From NCBI GenBank assembly GCA_973895155.1, contig OZ316891.1, positions 13,795,037-13,859,036 on the forward strand: a stretch of DNA of 64,000 nucleotides, written 5' to 3'. The notes beneath the pieces are model-generated. The model was not told the origin of the DNA, made no database searches, and saw nothing but the letters and a program-made list of their open reading frames with translations. Source of the stretch: Marsupella aquatica. Lineage: Eukaryota; Plantae; Marchantiophyta. A program made the position numbers and the translations under genes. Positions 45,901-60,010 of this stretch are shown here, one piece after another. Position 1 is the stretch's first letter, and each line of letters opens with the position of its first letter.

Positions 45901-48900
45901 GGTGGCCGAGGCATAGCAGGGTCCAGGGTCCAGGAAGGTTACATGACACTTCTTAGAGTGAGAACATTTTTCTTTTTGGTCCTTCCACCTTGTTCATGCC
46001 CCTCCCCCCTCCTGGCCCTCCTCTCCTTGTCCTGCATCAACAAATTTTTATTATTAACAAAAAACTACTGTTGTAGGCAAATTATTGTGATGTGCACCAC
46101 AGGCGCTTGTAAGAATTATATATAAGGTGCAAAAAGATAGAACAGGGTTGGACATAGGAAGAAGTTGCACGGCTTGCTCAAAGGCAGTTTTCCCCTTGTT
46201 TTTCAATATACTGTCCAAGTCAGAATGAAGTTCATTTTAACATCTTGAGATTGTTAGAAATTTCACTTATCAGGCACTCCCATCAGTTGCTGTCAGCTGT
46301 CTCACTGATAGGAAAACTCTATCAGGCCCTCCCATCAGCCAAATTTCCTCTCAGCTGACTCACTAAGTGACATTTTATCTTGGTGCCCTTGCTGTTGGAA
46401 AATTCCACTCAGCTGATCTTGTTGAGTCTCCTTTTCACTCAGCCACCTCGTCGAGTAAACCCTTCTGGGGGAAATCCACCCTTGCTGAGTTGCTTTCTTA
46501 GCGTAGCGGCATGGCTAAGTAGGAAATTTCCATTTGCGAACAGCAGATAGGAGCAGCTGATAACTGGCAGGATTGCAATGTCTCCAAGCAAAACAATAAC
46601 TCACTAGATAGAATAGACATGGAATGTATATTGCTAGATAAGCAATAGCAGAAACACCCACATAATGATGTTCTTCACCCCCTTGACCACGTATTCTTGT
46701 TTCTGACAACAACCATTTCTATACAATTCCAGGACACTAGAAGATTCTAAAAACTTTTCTATTGGACCAGGTGCTCACTTTCACACCTATCTCAAAAAGA
46801 ATACAACCTTAGGGACCACAGGAATGTGCAAGCTGTCTCAAACTGATTAGGCTAGCTCTGGCCTTTATCACCTACTCTGGAGATGCCACATTCAAATTTG
46901 CATATTGAAAATGGATTATGATGTCACAAGTTCTACTCACAATTGGTCTTCAGTTCATTTGCCAATGAAGCTCTTATGGGTGATTGACTACCACCATACC
47001 TTGTACAATACCCCAGAGCTCTGGTGGAAACTATTTGGAGGTCAGTCTCACTATCTGAGATCTTTGGGTAGGCAGCATTGAGCAGCATTCAACTTGTGTG
47101 CCCACCCCTTAGAAAGCGCCACTGTTGATCATCAGACCTAGATCCACAGGTTTCATCATCAATAGTCATATGTTCCTGAGATGGTGGAGGAGACTTGCAT
47201 GCCGTAGTGCTTGGGGACACGCTGCACGTGGATTCAGTCTATTTTCTCTCAAGCTCCTAGTGGATCTCATTTGCTTGTTGGGTAATTGCACGAACCTTGT
47301 ACCATAAGGTACATCAACAAGTATTAAAAAATCGTATGAAAAAGTGTTTCAAACAGATTATTTTGTTCCCTTGGTATTTGCGCTGGTCTCAATGTGTCTG
47401 CTAGTATCCACGCAAAGCTAAAAAGCATTTGCAAAGTGCCACACAAAAAAGGAAGTGACTTGTCTTGTTGCCCACCATCACTCATGTTCCAAGGTGAACC
47501 CTAAAGATCCATAGGAGTTGTCAAAGAAAATCATACGAGCCTAACTATGTAGAAACACAAGAGTAGCTGCATCTAGATGGGGTCTATGCAATTCTAGATG
47601 GGAGGAGAGGAACAAATTCTGGGCTAGCTTTGTGGAGAACTCATTTATTGTTGCCCATTTGGTCCCTCATTCAATGTTGTCCATTGTTGCTAGCTGTCAA
47701 TTGCGCACAGAAGGTGAAAACATGAGGACATGTGGTCACATTTCTGAATGGCTACCTACAGTGCACAGACCTTTATAAACTGCAAAGATTTATTGACAAT
47801 AGTCAGGAGGTATTTGCTTGATTTACCCCCAAAATCAATCTTGTTACTTGATCGACCCCCTGAGGTTTATCAACGGTCCAGATCTGAGATTGAAAGATCC
47901 ATCAACTGTCCAGATTGGGGAAAAGTATCAAGGGGGTTGATTAAGCAAAAATTTCCAGAAAGGGGTCTACTAAGGATATCTCTCCAATAGTCAGCCCAGC
48001 AAGTGTAGATAACTGGCAATCTTCATGATTGCAGCAAGTGAGGTTCCATATTCAAGCTTCAAAAGTAGGTCAGCTTTTGCATCCCAAAATGGGGTTCATC
48101 AAAGCCCTTTGCACGCAAAATAGTTGATATTAGGAAAAATTGAAAGTCACACTGGTATCAGCTAAATTTAAATAGGTAGGCATCATCCAAGAGTGGACCT
48201 AAGAAGTGAGTTTTCCAGCTAGGAATCTTAGACCTGAGCAGTCCTCTCCCCCCTGGTTGGAGGAGTACTACTAGCACTGGTGATGCAAGAATGTTAGTAC
48301 ATTGTCAATGCTCTGATAATGCCCTGATCCTTCTCCGTATCATTTGGAGTTGCAATGCTGAATCCTCCTGTATTTTCAAATCACGCCCTGTCTAATCTCC
48401 TCCTAATTGTGGAGTTGACACCAAGCCTGTCCAGAATCAGGTTTTAAACAACAGGGGTGTGATCATTGGTGGGATGATTTCTCATTGTGGCTCTCCATGT
48501 CATCTCAATGATTTCAGTCAATGTCTGACTCAAGCTCCTAGCCTTTCTCACACATCTCGTAAGCTGAAAAGTAGCATGAATGTGCAAGTTAACTCTACCC
48601 TTGAAATGAAATGCTTCAAAAATGCTAGGAAGGGTTTCTCTGCTCTTCCTTAAAAGAAAACTTGAATGATCTAGAAATTTTTGAGACCAAAAAGTGTAAC
48701 CATTAATTTATACAAAGGAACTCTATTATATGAGTTGAAAGCAACATCTTGTAAATAGTCCTTTTAAATTGTGATCCATCAAGGCTTGCTTTCATTGGGG
48801 AGCCAGTTAGGAATTCAAATGTTGGAGAAATGGTAGGAATTATGCTTGGTGACGTGCATGTCACACTGCCAAAGAATAAAGAGCATCACACCACACCAGG

Positions 48901-49339
48901 AGAGAGAACCCCAAGGCATGAGACGCAATGAACGGGAGGAAAGTATGCAAACATCATATCGAACAAAACAATATTCAAGGATCAAAACATTGTTACATGG
49001 TACTTTACTGCATCTATTCTTCAAGCGTCCCCCAAAAGGGTGCACTCACAAAGTAGAAAGTGGAAAACAAGTAGAAAAAGGAAAACTAATGTCATGAACC
49101 AATAATGTTTAATCTTAGACAACTACTGCAGTCTAAGGTACTATTGCATATTACTTATGGCCAATCCACTTTTCAGTGTTTTGTCTTACTAAGAATTTTT
49201 GTCATATATTTTTATTTCAATATGCCATGTGCCTTAACAAGAAGCATCATTTGTATAATTTAGATTTTATATTAATTTGGTACCCTCCTGGATTACTTTA
49301 TCTCCCTATGCTAGAGCTCTCCTTCCCCACTACATTTAG

Positions 49340-51902
49340 TTACGGACCCCACTAGAGGTCCCTTCCAAAATTTGAGACTTCACAGCGCGCCACATCATCA
49401 TGACGCGCTGCAACCAGATACGGATTGGTTTATAAAATAAAATTATTTTAACATTCGTGTTTGTGGCAGGGTTTCGGTAAAATTGAGGACGCCATGCCGT
49501 AAACCTTGATGTAAAAAGTAATCAAAAATAACCTTTTTATCTACCTTGAGTAACCGACTGTTCGATTAGTAGTAGACCCACCCTCTGTTTTATTTACCCT
49601 GAGTAACCGACTGCCCACCCTCATTCTGAAATACAAGCAAATTACTCTAAATTGCGGAACATTACTCCAATCAATGACTACCCAAATCCAGAGAGCTTGT
49701 TTATGCAAAAGACAGATGACAATGCAGGAAGTTGAGATGGATCACTGAGCACCCACGAACCCAAATAAAATTCAGCAAACGAAAGAAGGGCAGAACTGAG
49801 AATTCTTCATCTCTCACCTGCTTTGAGTTAAATCTGCAGAGGTGCTGGACTGGGGTAAAGCGTGGATTACATATTGATGACCAACTTCTCACTGGGCGGC
49901 CTGAGTTGGGCCGAGAGTGGTGATGAAGTTTGTGGCTGATTTGCTGTGCATCGGATGCAGCTAAGAGCTCTTCTCGCTACCTGATCAAGATTGCGGCCGG
50001 CACCTACAAGTAAGCAATGTCTCTTCCCCTCTTCATTAGTTTGTAAAGAGTTCCGTTTCTCGGCGATCAAAATTCAGCATAGCTGTTGTCAGATAGCACT
50101 TCACTTGTGCGACGTAATACTGTCCCTTGCAGACTTTCTTAGTGTGCAACATGGGCAGCTCCAACCACACCAATTGCTTGATCTTCTTTTATCCATTTTT
50201 GTGGAGAGCATTTTTTCTACACAGCATTTTACAAGAAAGGTAGGCCTAAAAGTGAAATGTGTAGATCATCAAACTTCACATTAGTCCCATGCTGAATTCC
50301 CTGAATTGCTCTCTATTGCATGGCCCATTTAGTTCAGGGGCGTAGTAATGCAGCTAGGTTTCAGGCTTCTGTGTCTACTTGGAGGCTAGATCCAATTTGC
50401 TCAATTCTCGATAGAAACACCATGACTTTGAGATCTCATGAGTCCATGACCGGGTTGATGACTCTCAAATAAACCCTATATTGGCTGTTGGAAGGTGATC
50501 GACAGAGTGATTGATAGACAACTTCATATTTGCGTGATGAAATTACATTTGAGAAACTGTATTGAGAAGTCCTTCAACATCTCCATTGTGGATGGGGTCG
50601 AATCTTATCAAGGGAAATTTATGTATGCAAGTCTTTCGGTTCTTCTATGAAAATCAAAATATGCTTGTGCAACCGTCATGTACTGACTGGATTAATAATG
50701 TACAATTATACTCAGTTGGGAATTGTGGATTCTTTTTCTTCCATACTTTTGGGCTCATGGCCGTTTCTTTTTGTCAAGACAGTTCACGCATCACCAATCA
50801 CTCGTTGAATACCACACACGATTCAACTGGATAATGACAGCTTCTTGTCCCAATGTTTGATTAGTTTACTGAATGATTTCTGCCAACAAGTCAGGGGCCT
50901 TCTTGGCAATTATCCATTGGAATTTTGGGTTTAAAAACAGGTGTAAGCTACAGGAATACTTTAACTAGAGGACATGGCCCTTGAGAGTCAATCGTCTACT
51001 TAAAAATTCCCAATAAAACAAAAACAATCCCCCCGGAACAAGCTGGGCAACGCACGGAATCAGACAAGTGTTCAAAGCTTATTAGACCTATGGAGTCCTT
51101 GGATGCATTGCCTACACGCAGCGATAGTTTTGAAGTTTTTTCGATTAGACATGATCTCAAAACTCGCTGCTGACAACTGCACAAATGTGAGGCCAATTTT
51201 GCCTGGAAGCTCATGATGGCTTTGATTCATCACTTGAGACTGATCCAATGAGTAATGTGTGACATTGATCTGATCTCGTTCTTCCCCATGGATCACATTT
51301 TAGAATCACTAATCAATCAAAGTCAATGGTGTAAGTGGATACTTCTATCAGAAGGGAAGGCTTCTTGAATTTCTGGCCAACGCTTTGAATTGTTTCGGAG
51401 TTGAGAAGCCATTTTCCGCAAGTATTTTTTGTCTCTGTATTTTGTTAGTCCTTGGCTGTTGTTCTCCATCGCTCTTTGATTTTGGCAGCGGGTCCCCATC
51501 ACCACCATCTGGAGTTGTCGGCAAGCAAGTTGTGGCTTTCATGATCAATGGAGACAAGGGGGTTTCTGGAGAGTAGCATTCCTGGGATACCAAGACACGC
51601 TGTACGACAGGAAGGGTCGCCATTACTTCAAAGACTGTTTAATTCACGGCACCATTGATTTCATATTCGGAGACGGCCAATCCTACTACGAGGTGATACT
51701 TCACCTTAAGCCCCAACTTTATGTACATTGCTGCCAATGAACGTGATGTCGTTGCTGGAACGATGGCTGAATTGGATTTCTAATTGTAATTTTCACGGTT
51801 GCTGTGCAGACTTGTTACTTGGATTTAGTCTCAACTTCATTTGGATCGATAACAGCTCCAAAGAGAGCAGTGAAAAGTGACAGATGGGGGTCCACAAACT
51901 AA
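49340..51902. mobile_element. Unclassified element, copy A (2.56 kb), with hairpin-bearing asymmetric termini
   Basis: The left 33 bp TTACGGACCCCACTAGAGGTCCCTTCCAAAATT are identical to 54227. The right end GGGGTCCACAAACTAATTT matches 55047-55065. Confidence 0.65.
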
Positions 51903-52367
51903 TTTTCAATAGAGTGCTTTCACCCCCCCTTGAGCATATTTTATGGAATTTCTTGCAGTTCTAGTGAATGAAAGAGAGAATTGATATTTTGAGGTTGGAC
52001 TCCTCCTGCTCTAAGTCCTCCTCAAAATTTTATTTGCCAAGCTTATGGTTTTTATTGTCATACCTAAAGCAAGGGTACCTTATGTGCACAATTCTTGATT
52101 GATTTGAGTGTCATTAAAGCAAGTGAGAATCTGTACATAGTGTGAGCAACTTTTCAATACTTGTGTACCTTGTACTTTTACTTGTTATTACTTACTTTTA
52201 CTTGTCATTATGTAACATGTATATCACAGTGTCCAAGGGCAAAAAACTCAACCTAGAGACAAGGATGTACTTTTATTTGACTTTGTGTTGTTTTTTTTCC
52301 TACTCAATCCTATCTAATACTATGCAATAGTCATTTACACATCACTAGAAGACAAAAAACCAAGCTA

Positions 52368-52576
52368 CACACATGTAGAACATGTCTGAGTTTTAAGAAC
52401 ATTTTCCACCTCTTTCCAGATTCTCTACCTCTTTGGTCAACTACTGCAGTCTCGGGGACTGTTTGCATATTGCTGCTACAGAGAGTCTGCTGCTACATGT
52501 AAAGTGACATACACATGTACAACATGTCTGAGTTTTAAGACCATTTTCCACCTCTTTCCAGATTCGCTGCCTCTTT
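52368..52576. repeat. ~67-bp direct repeat pair
   Basis: ACACATGTA.AACATGTCTGAGTTTTAAGA.CATTTTCCACCTCTTTCCAGATTC at about 52368 and 52510. Confidence 0.85.
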
Positions 52577-54226
52577 CCAAAAAAGTCTTACCCTGGTTTG
52601 TTGTTGAAGCCAAGCCCAGTGAACCATAGAGTGGGCTTGGTTGAAGAGGTTAATAACCCTATCAGTTAGCAGTCACTCATATAAGGCTTCTTGACTTGAA
52701 GCATCGCCCCCTTAACTGGTTTAATCAAGAGTACCGCAATGCCATTAGTTATGGCAATCAACTGCTCCCATAAGCTGTTTGCATATGAAGCCTTCATATT
52801 CACAAGGCCTTCAAGTCAAAAAGTGACTCATTGAGATCACCCAAGTGCATTTGTCCCCATAAATTTTCAGTCAGTGAAGCCACTGACTCTCCACACTTTA
52901 CATAACCATGGAGGTAATTCGAGCCAAAGTCTACAGACCTCATGGTTCACTTTGGGTACCAAAAACGCTAACTGGACCAAAACCAGTAGTTTGATACACT
53001 CGTTGCAACGTCTCACAACAGGAAGAAATATCTAGAAAGTAGTCTTTTGATACACTTGTTGCAATCTCTTAGGAAGAAAGGAATAATCCCTAAAAAGAGA
53101 AAGACGGGCCAAAAGTGCATGCCCGCATCTTCTCCTTCACACAATGTAACTGTTGTCACGCCAGAGAAAAAGAAAAAGCCTTAAAAATTGAGCTACTCAT
53201 GATTACTAAGATTCAGTATACTACATTTCACGTTGACGGCTCAGTACAGTCCTACGGATTTGTTAATGAGTGTGTGACTACAGTAGAGAGAAGGTATTAG
53301 TTAGTTATAACTAACTGATACCTCTTTCTTCCTTTTGCATCCTGACGTAATAACTGTGCGAGTTATCAGTATTTATGTACAGTAGCCGTGATCTTTGATT
53401 GTTGGACAATTATTTTAAGTTTGATTCTTCTTCGCAAAAACTTTTGCTAAGTGTAACTTTCCTGTACTTTGTTGACACCTACCCAAACATGAGTTCAATA
53501 TACATTTCAACAGAGAACATATTTTCCATAGCAGTTTGCCTCATAATAAAATTTCAGGGTGTCAGGTCTAGATCCCCAATTGAGTAGAAAACACATATTC
53601 CAGATCAGAGCACATTGCCTCGTAGAAAATCTCCAGGCTGTCATATCTGGGATTTTATTTCCTGCCCACTTCCCAAATGGAACTGAAAATAGTTTCCCAA
53701 AAGTGATGTCCCATGGACTGAACCCGTGAACCAGGCAATCCCTATGGACCGGGACATCTTTTACACCTTCAATATCTCCCTTCCTATCCAGCAAAATTGA
53801 CAATTTCTTGGGCTTGCTGGAAGTGGCATGATGTTTGCAACTAGTCTTTATATCTCTTCTTTTCATGAAGAATTGAGAGAGTTATCATTCCTAAATATCA
53901 ATTTCCACACTTTATGCTGAAAGTATTTTAGCAATTAGCTTTGACATTTAGTACCTTTGAGGCAACAGAATCTTATTCTCTTGGATTTGTTAGAAACCTT
54001 TTGGGAAGATTCATCCAATGAGCTTAATATCATAATATCTCATTGAGAATTGAGAGACCCATATATTTTCAAAACTATGGTCAAATTTCCTTGCCACATT
54101 GCACTCATCTGTCCAATTTGTACTGTATGAGCAGAAAGAGGGTTCTGCTGCAATCCATCTAGGTTGCAACAATCTATCCAATCCTTTTCGGAAATGTATG
54201 TGGTTGATATGAAGGATGTTGTCTCA

Positions 54227-55062
54227 TTACGGACCCCACTAGAGGTCCCTTCCAAAATTCCTGGCACCAGAGCGTGCCACGTCAACAACAACCGCAACAA
54301 ACAAGACTCGTCGGTTTTGTGAATCAAACTTATAGTTTTCATTCATGTTTGTGTCAATTTGGGTGTAAATTTTGGGATGCCGTGCTGTAAAAAGAAAAGT
54401 AAAAACATTGGAAATGCAAAGAGCAAGACGGTTAAAACTGTCACTATGTAACCGTTTTAGTTACATTTCCAATTTTAAAACTTAAATTCAAAGATTTATA
54501 AAAAGTATTTTTCCTATAATAAATAATGACTAATAACTAACTTGATAACTTCCTTGTTAAACCGCAACTCCCGGTATGTAAGGACCTCTCGTATTGTACG
54601 GCCATTAATGCTAGGAAGAGCACATAGAAACCCAGGGTCGGGGAGGAGGAATGGCTGGAATCTTCAAAGTTCATCGAATTCTATACTCAAAACTATTTAC
54701 TCATTCTCAAAACAAAAAATACCCAGTCGTAGATCTCATTGAGATCTTTCTTTTGCACCCTAGATCGCCTTCTAACATGGATGAATAAGATTTCTAGAGG
54801 CATTACAAAATGGACGGCAAAGATAGTAAAATCAACAAAATCAACGGCTAGGAAGGCTTGGATTTGTTTAATTTTTCATTTGAAAAATATTAACCCATTT
54901 GCAAAACGGACAGAACCCATCCATAGATCTATTTGAGATCTTTCTTTTGAGCCATAGATTGGCCATTATGATGGACGGACGAGATTTCCGGAGATAAGAA
55001 ATGAAGACGGCTCAGATCGACTCTTCCCCCTGATTTTATTAGCCAAGGGGTCCACGAACTAA
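54227..55062. mobile_element. Unclassified element, copy B (0.84 kb), same family as 49340-51902
   Basis: Same termini as copy A, with visible homology over the first ~170 bp. Confidence 0.65.
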
Positions 55063-55657
55063 TTTAATTTGTTTAAGGTTGTCAATGTCTGGAATATACT
55101 CTACTACTCATTTAACTAATTATCAAGACCCATTTGAACAGACACATATTCACATATCACCAAGAGACATTTAAACAGAAACACTCATGCTCCCAGAAGT
55201 GGCATTATTGTAAGTTACCTAGAGTTTGTCTGCCCAACTTTGCATGCGCATGCTGAGCGTGCTGCCATAGAGGATTCAAGTAGAGAGAACATATATGTTC
55301 TGTGTGGCTCTGGATTTGCTGTTTGCTTCTCATGACCTTTCCTCCATCAACTAAGCAACTACAGTTTCTTGTTTCGTTTCATAGAAAATTTCTTTCATTG
55401 TCCTCAATGCAAACCCTGCAATCTTCAGAGCAGTAGCTTGGCATTCACCTTCATTGACTTCGTGCTGCTTCAATTACGCATCTCAACCTCTGAATTTTGC
55501 ATAGGATCATGGTCAAGGTGAATTTTGCATCAGATCATGGTCAAGGTTATTTTCCCGGAACTAAATTAAATGGCGGACACTAAAAAGCTTGTCCACACAC
55601 TCATGAATGACGATAGAAACTGATACATTTGGGCCAATTTGTTTTTTGCAGTCCTAC

Positions 55658-55984
55658 AAGTTTGTTTTGTCTTGAACGGAAATGGGGAGGAAATACAATT
55701 AGACTCCCCCCATCCCAATGTGACAGTTTTTCTGTAGGGAACCCAGACCAGGGTGAGCCCCAACGGATCCGACAGGGACCCGCACCTGGAAGGAAAGAGG
55801 ATTAAATCAGGGTCACAAAGTGAATGACCAGAGGCCGAGCAAATAATTAGAACTCCAATCCATTACACACAAAACTCATCCCACCCACACACATATACCC
55901 TCCACACCACACTGGGGTGAGGATTGAACTTGGGACCTCTTTGTTCCAGGCAAATCCCCTAGCCAATTGACCTAACCCAATTGG
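55658..55984 (-). mobile_element. tRNA-derived SINE with 13-bp target-site duplication
   Basis: TTTGCAGTCCTAC at 55645-55657 and 55985-55997. The minus-strand head has A-box-like TAGGTCAATTGG and B-box-like AGTTCAATCC, and the 3' end is A-rich (ACAAAACAAAC). Confidence 0.75.
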
Positions 55985-58810
55985 TTTGCAGTCCTACTAT
56001 TAAGCACGAATCTAATCACTACTATGCTAACTTCAGAGTCCTAAGTTCATCACTGTACATAACAGAGGGCGACGCATACGAGACAGAAGCAGGTTAGACC
56101 AGGCCAGACCGGACAACGGTAGACCAGAACAGACAGGACCAAACTGGACCCGCCTGGCGCCTGCACAGTAAGATCGTGTGTTGTCTTTAGTGTGTGCTGA
56201 GGAGATTATGACCGGGACCCCCTGTCTTTCGTCGCGTAGCGCTTATTTTAGACGCTCCAGCCTCCAGGTGAGGTTGTCGGCCAAGTTGGCGACGTTGCGA
56301 ACACGATGACCGGGCTCTGGTCGTGCTCGCTGCCCAGGAGAGGAGTGCCAGGAGATTTTGTTCGGGAGGGCCTGCAAACAAATCAACAGTCACGAGTGTC
56401 GCTCCGGGGCAGGACAACGCTACCCTATCCATCCATCCGTCCCGGCCTACGAAGCAAAGGCGCGGAACAGTCCAGTCCCATGATGTCGTGATTGACACAC
56501 TTGAGTGCACAATAATTAGAAGATGGGCGAAAGGATCTCGTAGAGCTCCAAACCTACCAGACAAACCGGTCTCCCTCTTCATTTAGTAATTAAGGCAGTC
56601 TGGTCTGCCCTATGCTTCACTGCGGACGCCTATGGGACTCATGTCAGGGGCGGATTTACTTATAAAAATATGGCGTCAGTATATTTTGCGGTCGTATTTC
56701 AAACTGCCATGAAAAACGACCCGTATTATTAGGGGCCTGTCCACGTGGGGACGACCAGCATCCTTTTTGGCCTCTCTTCTTACTTTAAAAAACAACTTAA
56801 TTGAAGAAATCGTCCTTTTGGCGTTTTAGCCCCTATTCTGATTTCCACCATAGGTCCCAAACCTTTGTCCCTTGGTTTTTGACCGGCCTTTGTCCCATGC
56901 TGTTATTTCTTTGTCGCCGAGGTGGAGAAAATGCACAGCAGATTCTTTTAGTTTTCCGAATTAATTTATGGCAATTAGATCTACCTAGGTTTGAGGACAG
57001 CAGTCAGGTTCTTACTTATGGCATTTGTGGTGGTTGGTTGGGAAACTGGCTTATGGGAGACTTTTCAGTGAGGTGGCATTTTGCCAATTTTCCAAGGGTA
57101 CGTCAGAAACGTTTCCAAGGGGAAAAAAAATTTGACATCAGAACTGAATTGTTTCAATCTTATGTACTTTTGGGTTTTTCAGGTTAATGTACCCATTGTC
57201 TGGGCTGGCCAGTCAACAAGAAAGTTCCCTAGGGAGGTTTCACTTCCTTAATTAAGAACACGACAACAACAGTTTGTTGTAAATGTTAATTCCCCTCATT
57301 TTTAAAATTCAATAACCGGGTCTCATACCCATATCTTGAGTTATGGGATATATCACAAATCAGTAACTTTCATTAATGACCCAGTTTTGAGACGCCCTAA
57401 TAATTCTCTTGCACTGTTGGAGACTCTCGGGCCTGTTTATTATATATCACAGTGCCCAAGGGCACAAAATGCAGATGACCCCAAAGTTAAAGCAACCCAA
57501 TGAAGGGGAGGAAAGGAGGGGAAACTGCCTGTCTTTGGATCCTATCCAGGTTATGCTCAATATTTGTTAGGAAATCCACACCGTCCATTATCTCAGGGTG
57601 GTTCTATAAGAGGTGGGGGCACTTGTGACTTTTGGCACCAAAGCAAATGGGAGGGCCACTTTGACCTTGTCCTAAAGATACACTCCAGACCAAAAATCTT
57701 TTGAAATGGCTTCAATAAATGCAAATCTCTTCAATAAGGAGACCAAGTTTGGACCACCTTTGGAGGTGGTCTAATAAATTCTACACAATATAGGCATTCC
57801 ACATCCACATTGGGCCTGTTGTTTGCCATCTAGTGTTGGGAGACACTATAGCTGAATGGGCCCCCAGTTCTTGTGAAGTCAACTGAAGCCATTTTCATTC
57901 ATTCAGATTTAATCTAGAGGGATTAAAAAGGAGCAATAGGAAATAAAAAGTAGTGGGCATGGCATCTCCTAAAGCCACCCTTCCACGGGGTGCATTTCAC
58001 TCATTTGTGATTTCATTCTAGAAATTTCAAAATCTATCATTTTCAACCAGAATATAAGCCTGGGCACCATGTTCAAGTTCAGTAAGGCTTCTTGAGTCCA
58101 AGCTGTGATGACAGAACATCTTCTTTAGTAGTGTAGGTCAAAGTTACTTTGTCAAATTACTTTGTTACAACGACTGGTTAGCTGTGATTCAAGGCTATGA
58201 TTGAGAGGTTTTGTTCACTCAGCAGGGAGGCTGCAGTGGTTTATACCCAAAACAGTATGTGGACGCTTAGGTGATTTGACAGGTTTACAAGATTTAACTC
58301 CTTTGGGGCAAACATAATTTGAATTGCAGTCTAATGTGGCTGATATATTTCTTGCAGACTACCTTTTGTTTATATGCAGTGATCTCTCTAGAGATTGCTT
58401 CCTTTCGTTCTGAATTGATTGCACACGTTGGTGAAGACATAAGGGTGTATTCACATTTCTGAATGCTATCAAATATGCACAGATGCACATAACTTGTGCA
58501 AAGTTTGCTAACCATTAGTCTCCCCACACTCTACAAAGCCGTTCACAACAAAGAGAAGTAGTATTTATTTAAAAGCATTTTGAATACGACTAGGGGAACA
58601 TGTCTTCACTGTATGTGCACAATGAGCAGCAGACTACAACAACCATCATTCAATAGTGAGACATACTACAAGTATATCTAGCAGTCACAGTGAAGACATA
58701 TTTTATGTCTTCGTTATCTTTGCAAAATGGGCAGCACACAATAAAAGGCAGCATTGAATAGCAGGACGTAATGTACAACATTAAATGCTTCCCAGAAATT
58801 CTTCAGCCCA

Positions 58811-58968
58811 AATTTGACTCTTCATGTAAGTTACGTACTTGATTTTCAATGTCACACATTTATTGTAGACTCTAGACCCCTGGAACTATACACACTGAAT
58901 TTGACACTTCATGTGATGTACTTGATTTACAATGTCACACAATCATTGGAGACTCTAGGCCCTTGGAA
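58811..58968. repeat. ~88-bp-period imperfect tandem duplication
   Basis: AATTTGAC.CTTCATGT...GTACTTGATTT.CAATGTCACACA...GACTCTAG.CCC.TGGAA twice. Confidence 0.8.
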
Positions 58969-60010
58969 GTAACCCTTGAAAGTACATGTTGGCATAATTT
59001 TGTAAAGTTGTCATTTTTGCCATCTCATGAATGTCACCATGCCTGAAGGAGAAGATGTTAAAGAAGAATTCGTGTTAAATTTATGTCAAGTTGCCAAAAA
59101 TTGCCTAATGGAACAAAAAACATAGTGAAATTTTTTTCCAGAAGTGGCTAATACATGTTTTAGAGATGTGGACTCTAGCAAGTTTCTGGAGATATATGCT
59201 TGATGGCCCCCCTGGTGAACCTTTTTTACCTGATGGGCCCCTAGGTAACTTTTTTTACCAAGTAGGACCCATCTTAATGACCAATACACCTGTTCTTGTG
59301 TGGTGCCTACACATTATGATGGAGATGATAGAGGTCAAAGAAGGGGGAACAGCGAGCCCGTGCCCCCTGAATCCAATATGGGGACTTTTCTAATATATAG
59401 GCCTCCAAATGATGAGCAATGAGTGTTACCCCTAAACTGCTTGAGAAACTCTAAGGGCTGTCTTGCATGTGCAAGAGTCCTGAAAAATGCTACCCTTAGC
59501 AGCCCACAGATGTAGGGAAAAAGTGTGGATCCAGGATCTAAACACAATCAAGAACAGCTTAGGTGTGAAGTGCTTATTTAGTCTGATCTACTGCCATTTT
59601 GTTTTTCTTTAAAGTTCAAAGTTTGGGACCTCAAGGGCCGGAAAATTTCCGGCCCTTGCCCTTGCATATCCCCCAAAGACACCATCTGGACTGCCGGCTT
59701 GTCGCTTCGTATAGAGATGCCAGGGGTTCATTTGAGGGCCGAAAATCAAAGGACCTTGCACATACAAGACGGCCCTAAGTGGCTGAGTGGACAAAGACCC
59801 ACTAGGCAAAAAACCGAACTGGTAGAGCTCACTAGCAAGCAGAATAGGTGCACTTGATTGAGTGATAATAATATAATATATGATATATTATGCCATTTGC
59901 TACCATGATAAACTATTTGTTTTTGGTTTAAATCGATGATTATTCTCAATAGTATCTGGCGTTATTTTTAATATGTGCAGTTTATAGGGACCGCCACTTG
60001 ATTTACAATG

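Noticed and set aside
46260-48600. Retroelement coding relic
   Set aside because: TE-like texture, but hand translation gave no gag, RT or integrase motif.
49800-51350. Long decayed minus-strand ORF in element copy A
   Set aside because: The stretch translated by hand had about one stop per 20 codons, no better than random, and no recognisable motif. Not called without a consensus.
55911-55984. Functional tRNA gene
   Set aside because: The boxes deviate from consensus, the acceptor stem is imperfect, and it is the head of a TSD-flanked SINE.
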